From NCBI RefSeq assembly GCF_000296215.2, contig NZ_CP013949.1, positions 7,298,248-7,322,247 of the forward strand: DNA of 24,000 nt. The letters run 5' to 3'. The notes beneath the pieces are model-generated. The model was given only the letters and a program-made list of their open reading frames with translations, was not told where the DNA came from and did no database searches. This document shows positions 19,485 through 24,000 of the stretch, in pieces. The position numbers were made by a program, and so were the translations under genes. The DNA comes from Bradyrhizobium sp. CCGE-LA001 (lineage in GTDB: Bacteria; Pseudomonadota; Alphaproteobacteria; Rhizobiales; Xanthobacteraceae). How positions within the stretch are numbered: the first letter of the stretch is position 1; each line of letters starts with the position of its first letter.

Positions 19485-22265
19485 TCACTGCTTTCCCGCC
19501 CTCTTCTGCTTCGCCACGCGCTGTTTCACCGCCTTCTCGACCGCAGCGATGAAACTGCCGACGCCGCTGTCAGTGGCAGTCGGAGCGATCGTGTCGATGA
19601 CGTGCTCGCCGAGCGCGCGGTAGGCCTCGAACTGGGTCTCCCCGAAAAACTGGTCTGTCGTTGGCTCATGCGGAAACTTCTCGTGCATGAGCGCGTAGCT
19701 GCGCACGGACAGGGGGGCGCTATCGTCGCGGCACGGCTTCATGTAGAGCAGTTTGCCGGTGCTGCGCTCAGGCAGGTGATAGGTAATGGTGGCGACGGCG
19801 CAAGGCGAGGAGGCATCGGTCAGCCTGGCGGCGATGTCGAACGACTCGAACTGCACGGTGACGCCGAGGTCGATCTCCGCCCGCCGCAGCGCGTTGCCGA
19901 GGTCCTCGAAAGTCATCTTGCAGTCCTCACCTCCGTCGCTGACGACGATGAGCCGGCACCGCCGGCGTAACATTTCGTAGATGCCCAGATTGTCGAAGTG
20001 GCCGCCGTCCGACAAGTAGACATAGTGTCGATCCGCGGTGGTGATCCCGAGCGCTTCGGAGATTAGAGGGATTGCGGAGAACAGCGGCCCCGAACTCTTG
20101 TGGCTCTTGTGTCCTTTCGGCCCCGGATTTCCGTACCACGCACCGAGACGAACGTTGAACAGCGTCATCAGGATGCTGTAGGCGGGCGACGAACTGTAGC
20201 CCATATTCGGGCTGACGGCGGCGCCGGAAACCGTCATCGCACTCCCGAGCGTGATGCCGCCACCATAGTCCCCAGTATTGCGGAAATAGCCGGCCGGCAG
20301 GCCCCCCGATTGCCCCATCGATGGCAGATCGCCGGTGCCGATCGCGAGCGGCGTTGCCGTGAACGATACCGCCTTGCGCTCCTGCCAGGCGAGTTGCGAG
20401 CTGCCGACGACGTTCAGCGCCATGTTTACTACGAGCAAAGGCGGGCGCTGGCCCGGTTTGTTTGCCGGCGCCGGCTCCCTCACCCTTGTCCCCGGCCAGA
20501 TCGTTGCAAGGCCGAGATCGTCGTTGCGGTCGAAGTCGGTCAGTTCGTTGGCCTCGCGCGGATGATGCGAGGCGCCGAGGAATGTTCGGATCAGGCGATT
20601 GCGATAGACTCCGTGCATCGAGAAGCGATTGATGTCGACAAAATACGACGTTGCAAGGGCGATCGTCATAGCTGCGGCGGCTACCGCCCAGGTCAGTCCA
20701 GTGTCGGTGTGGGCAGGAAGCAGTGCCGTGCCGTGGATATGCCAGTCGAGCACGACCGACGTCAGCACGATCAGACTGACCGTGAACACCATCGTCGCCA
20801 CAGCCATCACCAGATCGCGCGGCAGCTCCATCCACGACCTGACGTTTTCCTTGATCGTCGCTGTTGTCGATTTTGCCCAGCCGAGCAGCGCCGTTGTTGC
20901 GCCGGCGAGGCTGCCCACGCCGGCGAAGCCCGCCAACTGCAGCCTCGTTGGATGGCTCATCAAATCGAAGACGATTAGCGACCCGAGCAGCACTAGACCA
21001 AACAGAAGGAGCCAGGCTGTTGCCGCCAGTAGATGATGCCCGGCCGCGCGCGCCAACCACTCGCGCTCGCCGTCGCTCCAGTCTGTCATGTGCGTCAGCG
21101 CCACATAGATGACTTCGCCGAGGAACAGGGTGAGCATGACAACCGGCGGTCCTGCAATGATGAAAGTATGCCGCGGCGTCAGCGGTGCCGGCAGGTCGTG
21201 CAACCGGTCACCGCCATAAATCGCAAGACCAACCAATGCCGCCCCCACCGCCCAGCTCACCACGATAGCGCCAGCGACAGTTGCAAGTTTCCGCGGCGCG
21301 ATCAGAGACGCGTCGCTGGGCGGGCGTGCGAAACTCGAAAAATAGAGCGCGACAAGGCAGGCGAGTAGGCCGGTAACGGCGCTGACGCTGGCAAAAAAGA
21401 AGGTGATGCTGATCGAGAGGGGAGAATTTTGATATCCGGCGATGTTGTCAGGCGGAAAGACGAAGCCGACGTCCGTGATCGTGATGTCCGGCGGAAGGAC
21501 GAAGCCGATGGTAGCGACCGTGATCAGCGTCGCGCCGATCAGCATCGGAATGATCTCGAATACATAGAAATTGAACAGGCCGGAATCAGCCACGTCTCCG
21601 TGGGGCCCCGGCCGCTGCCCGATAGAATCCACGAACGACATACCCATGAAAGCGACCGCGATAATCGCGAGCATGGCACGCCATTCCGGTGGAGCGTTCC
21701 AAGCGCCGACCGCAATCAGCTTTACCGCTGCGACGACCAGCACGACGACTGGCAGCAGCACTAGCCAGTTAAGCAGCAGATTGCGAACATAGATCACGCC
21801 CATCGTTAACCGGTCAGCGGAGAACAGCCCGGTCCGCGGCGTCAGGTAGTTGCTGTAGTTGCGCAGGTGCCGTAGTGGTGAATTCGTGCGCATTGGTTCA
21901 TTGCCGCTGAGCTGCCCCTGCGCATCGTCGAATCCATGCCGCTGGATCCAAGCGACGAGGAAACTGCCAACATAGCCGCCGCCGGACACAGTCGACAGAT
22001 AGTCGAATTTTTCCAAAATTTGCCGCTTCGCCAGTCCCTGCACAATGCCGAGCGCGAACGCAGCGCTGCGGATTCCGCCACCCGAAAGGCACAGCGCCGC
22101 AAGCGGCGTCGCAAGATCCTCGACCAGCCTGTGATAGCGATCGATATTGGCTGCCGTATTGGCCTGAGAATTCTGCTCTGGACCGATGACACCCGAGCGG
22201 CGATAGCGGACATACTGCAGCTCCTCGAGCAACACTTCGCTGGTGTCCTTGATATCGTCGATCAT
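19485..22265 (-). CDS. Patatin-like (cPLA2/PNPLA-type) phospholipase with a large polytopic membrane insertion between the catalytic Ser and Asp
   Basis: The oxyanion motif is LCLSGGGIRSAAFALG (G62-G64). The nucleophile elbow is YLSTVSGGGYVG (Ser94), 30 residues later. The catalytic Asp motif is YLSDGGHFDNLGIYE (Asp753; codon 20009..20007). Between about residues 150 and 560 lie roughly ten hydrophobic 20-25-residue segments, for example LLLNWLVLLPVVVLVVAAVKLIAVG, FEIIPMLIGATLITVATIGFVL, ITFFFASVSAVTGLLACLVALYF, LLAATAWLLLFGLVLLGSLIVF and LVMAVATMVFTVSLIVLTSVVL. Confidence 0.85.
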   Translation of the reverse strand: MIDDIKDTSEVLLEELQYVRYRRSGVIGPEQNSQANTAANIDRYHRLVEDLATPLAALCLSGGGIRSAAFALGIVQGLAKRQILEKFDYLSTVSGGGYVGSFLVAWIQRHGFDDAQGQLSGNEPMRTNSPLRHLRNYSNYLTPRTGLFSADRLTMGVIYVRNLLLNWLVLLPVVVLVVAAVKLIAVGAWNAPPEWRAMLAIIAVAFMGMSFVDSIGQRPGPHGDVADSGLFNFYVFEIIPMLIGATLITVATIGFVLPPDITITDVGFVFPPDNIAGYQNSPLSISITFFFASVSAVTGLLACLVALYFSSFARPPSDASLIAPRKLATVAGAIVVSWAVGAALVGLAIYGGDRLHDLPAPLTPRHTFIIAGPPVVMLTLFLGEVIYVALTHMTDWSDGEREWLARAAGHHLLAATAWLLLFGLVLLGSLIVFDLMSHPTRLQLAGFAGVGSLAGATTALLGWAKSTTATIKENVRSWMELPRDLVMAVATMVFTVSLIVLTSVVLDWHIHGTALLPAHTDTGLTWAVAAAAMTIALATSYFVDINRFSMHGVYRNRLIRTFLGASHHPREANELTDFDRNDDLGLATIWPGTRVREPAPANKPGQRPPLLVVNMALNVVGSSQLAWQERKAVSFTATPLAIGTGDLPSMGQSGGLPAGYFRNTGDYGGGITLGSAMTVSGAAVSPNMGYSSSPAYSILMTLFNVRLGAWYGNPGPKGHKSHKSSGPLFSAIPLISEALGITTADRHYVYLSDGGHFDNLGIYEMLRRRCRLIVVSDGGEDCKMTFEDLGNALRRAEIDLGVTVQFESFDIAARLTDASSPCAVATITYHLPERSTGKLLYMKPCRDDSAPLSVRSYALMHEKFPHEPTTDQFFGETQFEAYRALGEHVIDTIAPTATDSGVGSFIAAVEKAVKQRVAKQKRAGKQ

Positions 22266-22285
22266 GGTGTCCGTTCCCGCGATGC

Positions 22286-24000
22286 TCAGTTCGGTGGAGC
22301 CGGAGCAACCGGCGACGCCGGCAGGCGCTGCAGTGTGACCTGCGCGGTGCCGCGATTGTTAGAGTAGTAGCAGCCGTAGGGCCCCAGGAATGGCACGATC
22401 TGGATCGCATCGTTCACGTAGAGGAAAAGCTCGCCCGATTCCGGCGCGATGAAATCGGCAACGAACTCGCGCGCGAGGTTCTGCGCGTCCCACTCCTGCT
22501 TCGCGTCGTCCATTTTTGACGCATCGATCTTGTCAGTCGGGATCAGCCGGCAGTCCTTGTTGCCGTTGTTCGCGACCGTTTCGGGGCTAGGTGCGTAGGC
22601 AAACCTGGACGGCAGCTCCTGCATCAGCGCCGGCGCGGCCTTGCGCGGCAGTTCGTCGGCCGGTCGCTTGTTATTGGCAACCAACGGCCATTCGGAGGTG
22701 CCCCACTTGCCGACACGGGCGATCGGTTGGAACCAGTCCGCGTGATACCAGCGCCGGCTAGCGAGGCCCAGGCCGTGGGAGGTGAAAAGCGACGTCGTGA
22801 AGCCGTTCGTGCCCGACATGGTCGTGCGGTCGAACCATGGCTCCACGACTTTCATCGATAGGCGGTACTGGCGGCCTTTCTCGATCCAAAGCCCGCTACC
22901 CCAGCACATCGCGCTCGTTTCGAACAGTTTGCCGGCTTGCTTCGGCGTTTCGTCGACTACGAACTCGCCCGCGGTCACGCACATCGGGGTGCTGCGTCCG
23001 GCGTACCAGTCGAACAATGAGCGGTTGCCAGCGACGAATACGGAGCCGAAAAGAGCGGTGAGCAGCACCCCCGGAAAGACCCAGGTCGATACGAGCATCG
23101 CCAGCCCGTTCGCGAGATGGCAGTTGCGCATCTCGCGCGCGAAGCTGCGTCTGCCGGCATGCTCCCGCGCCGCCTCGCAGGTTTCGCGCTCTTTGCCTGC
23201 GACAATGCGCTCCGGGTGATACCAAGCAAGTCGCGCGCGCTCGCGGATCCTGTCACGCAGCGACGTCGACCATTGATAGGCAAAAAAGATGAAGGTGGCG
23301 AGCAAGAGCGTGAGCAACGGATAAGTGCGTGCTGTCTCGAGCCACGCGGCGGCTGCCGAAGGCAGGAAAGCCTGCAACAGATCGAAGGGCACCGCGAGAA
23401 CGCGAACGGACCGATCGTTACCCTCCTCGAGCTGTTCAAAGACCCCCCCAAGTCCCGCCAGAACGGCGAGGCCGCGCAGTACGGCCACAAGTTTCGGCGC
23501 GAGAACCGGCCAGGCCAGGGCCACCGCGGCGAGCGCGAGCAGCCAGAAATAGGAAACGCGCCGCCACCACACCGTATCGAGAGTCCGTTCGACGATCGTC
23601 TCGCTGGGCGGCGGCAACTGGTCGATCGCGGCCTCGCCGGCCGCAGCATTGTCGCGCCGCGCTTGCGTCGCATTGGCCGCCGGCTGCCAGCGGACCCGCG
23701 CGCGCTTCTCCGGTGGCAAGATCAATTCCGCCGTTGCGCCGGTCGGTCCCGGGAGCCAGACCAGCGACTTCGCCGGCAGCGTCACCGGCGCATAGTTGTC
23801 GCAGCCCTTGAGCATGCGCTGCACCACGCTGTGATGCAGCACCGGCGGCCCACCATCTTTCAAGTCGCTTGCGATGCCGCGCGGACTGTAGCGATAGAAC
23901 ACAGCGGCGCCCGCGCGCGAGTCGTGCACCGGACCGATCGCCGACTGATAGGCGCGGAAATAATCGATGCGCCCGTCCTGGAAGCGCAGCTGGCCCTCGA
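22286..24000 (-). CDS. 5'-truncated gene: membrane protein (4-5 TM) with C-terminal soluble domain ending in a LecA/PA-IL-like motif
   Basis: The track starts it at GTG 23929, but the same frame stays open to the window edge (...EGQLRFQDGRIDYFRAYQSAIGPVHDSRAG...), so the N-terminus lies outside. TM segments are YFWLLALAAVALAWPVLAPKLV, YPLLTLLLATFIFFAYQW and LAMLVSTWVFPGVLLTALFGSVFVAG. The C-terminal end is GELFLYVNDAIQIVPFLGPYGCYYSNNRGTAQVTL. The stop is 20 nt before the patatin ATG. Confidence 0.65.
   Translation of the reverse strand, partial: EGQLRFQDGRIDYFRAYQSAIGPVHDSRAGAAVFYRYSPRGIASDLKDGGPPVLHHSVVQRMLKGCDNYAPVTLPAKSLVWLPGPTGATAELILPPEKRARVRWQPAANATQARRDNAAAGEAAIDQLPPPSETIVERTLDTVWWRRVSYFWLLALAAVALAWPVLAPKLVAVLRGLAVLAGLGGVFEQLEEGNDRSVRVLAVPFDLLQAFLPSAAAAWLETARTYPLLTLLLATFIFFAYQWSTSLRDRIRERARLAWYHPERIVAGKERETCEAAREHAGRRSFAREMRNCHLANGLAMLVSTWVFPGVLLTALFGSVFVAGNRSLFDWYAGRSTPMCVTAGEFVVDETPKQAGKLFETSAMCWGSGLWIEKGRQYRLSMKVVEPWFDRTTMSGTNGFTTSLFTSHGLGLASRRWYHADWFQPIARVGKWGTSEWPLVANNKRPADELPRKAAPALMQELPSRFAYAPSPETVANNGNKDCRLIPTDKIDASKMDDAKQEWDAQNLAREFVADFIAPESGELFLYVNDAIQIVPFLGPYGCYYSNNRGTAQVTLQRLPASPVAPAPPN

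Larger units (their letters stand above)
9958..24000. mobile_element. Integrated genomic island / integrative element. The left end is at the tRNA-Met half-site; the right end was not found in the window.
   Basis: A tRNA half-site sits next to AT-rich DNA and a tyrosine integrase, an AlpA-like HTH and a winged-helix protein. There is a visible drop in G+C: the 60-nt line at 11401 is 25/60 GC versus 43/60 for the line at 2401. The cargo consists of accessory-type genes. The extent beyond ~13.5 kb is inferred only from contiguity and gene content. Confidence 0.5.

Noticed and set aside
19927-21368. ORFs 19927..21060 (-, 377 aa), 20100..20978 (+, 292 aa), 20629..21036 (+), 21033..21368 (+) inside the patatin gene
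   Set aside because: They are Arg-rich shadow frames. The 19485..22265 frame has patatin motifs and coherent hydrophobic helices.
22782-23811. ORFs 22975..23673 (-, 232 aa), 23329..23811 (+, 160 aa), 22782..23219 (+) overlapping the truncated membrane-protein gene
   Set aside because: They have Arg/Pro/Ser-rich off-frame products. The chosen frame has TM segments, a structured C-terminal domain and a 20-nt junction to the next gene.

Overview
High-GC bacterial window. Gene content suggests an alphaproteobacterium of the Bradyrhizobium/Nitrobacteraceae type, but that is inference only. It splits into two parts.

(A) 1-9.9 kb looks like ordinary chromosome:
- a GntR/FadR-type regulator, divergent from a type-I periplasmic binding protein, with a repeated GT..AC operator-like 12-mer between them;
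- a giant zinc-ribbon / class III cyclase / AAA / TPR signalling protein;
- an orphan 163-aa ORF;
- one very unusual gene: a single ~1100-aa ORF built from four tandem Omp25/OmpA-like 8-strand beta-barrel modules.

(B) At 9958-10002 lies only the 3' half of an initiator-type tRNA-Met(CAT) gene, still followed by a classic intrinsic terminator. It is abutted by AT-rich DNA and a tyrosine integrase. From there an integrated element runs to at least ~13.5 kb and probably past the window end; no second att copy was seen.
- Its left module is integrase, hypothetical, AlpA/excisionase-like HTH, winged-helix protein, hypothetical.
- Its cargo is all on the minus strand. The first unit is a coiled-coil protein whose ORF overlaps by 130 nt a KAP-family P-loop NTPase that has membrane helices inside the NTPase domain. 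There is a possible frameshift at a C6 tract.
- The second unit is a tightly packed four-gene operon: a 5'-truncated polytopic membrane protein with a LecA/PA-IL-like C-terminus, a patatin-like phospholipase whose catalytic Ser and Asp are separated by about ten membrane helices, a secreted protein and a ~5-TM protein.

No CRISPR array, rRNA, intact tRNA or IS element was seen. The best candidates for undescribed biology are the poly-barrel OMP, the KAP module and the patatin operon. All functional calls rest on motif recognition by eye; no database search was possible.
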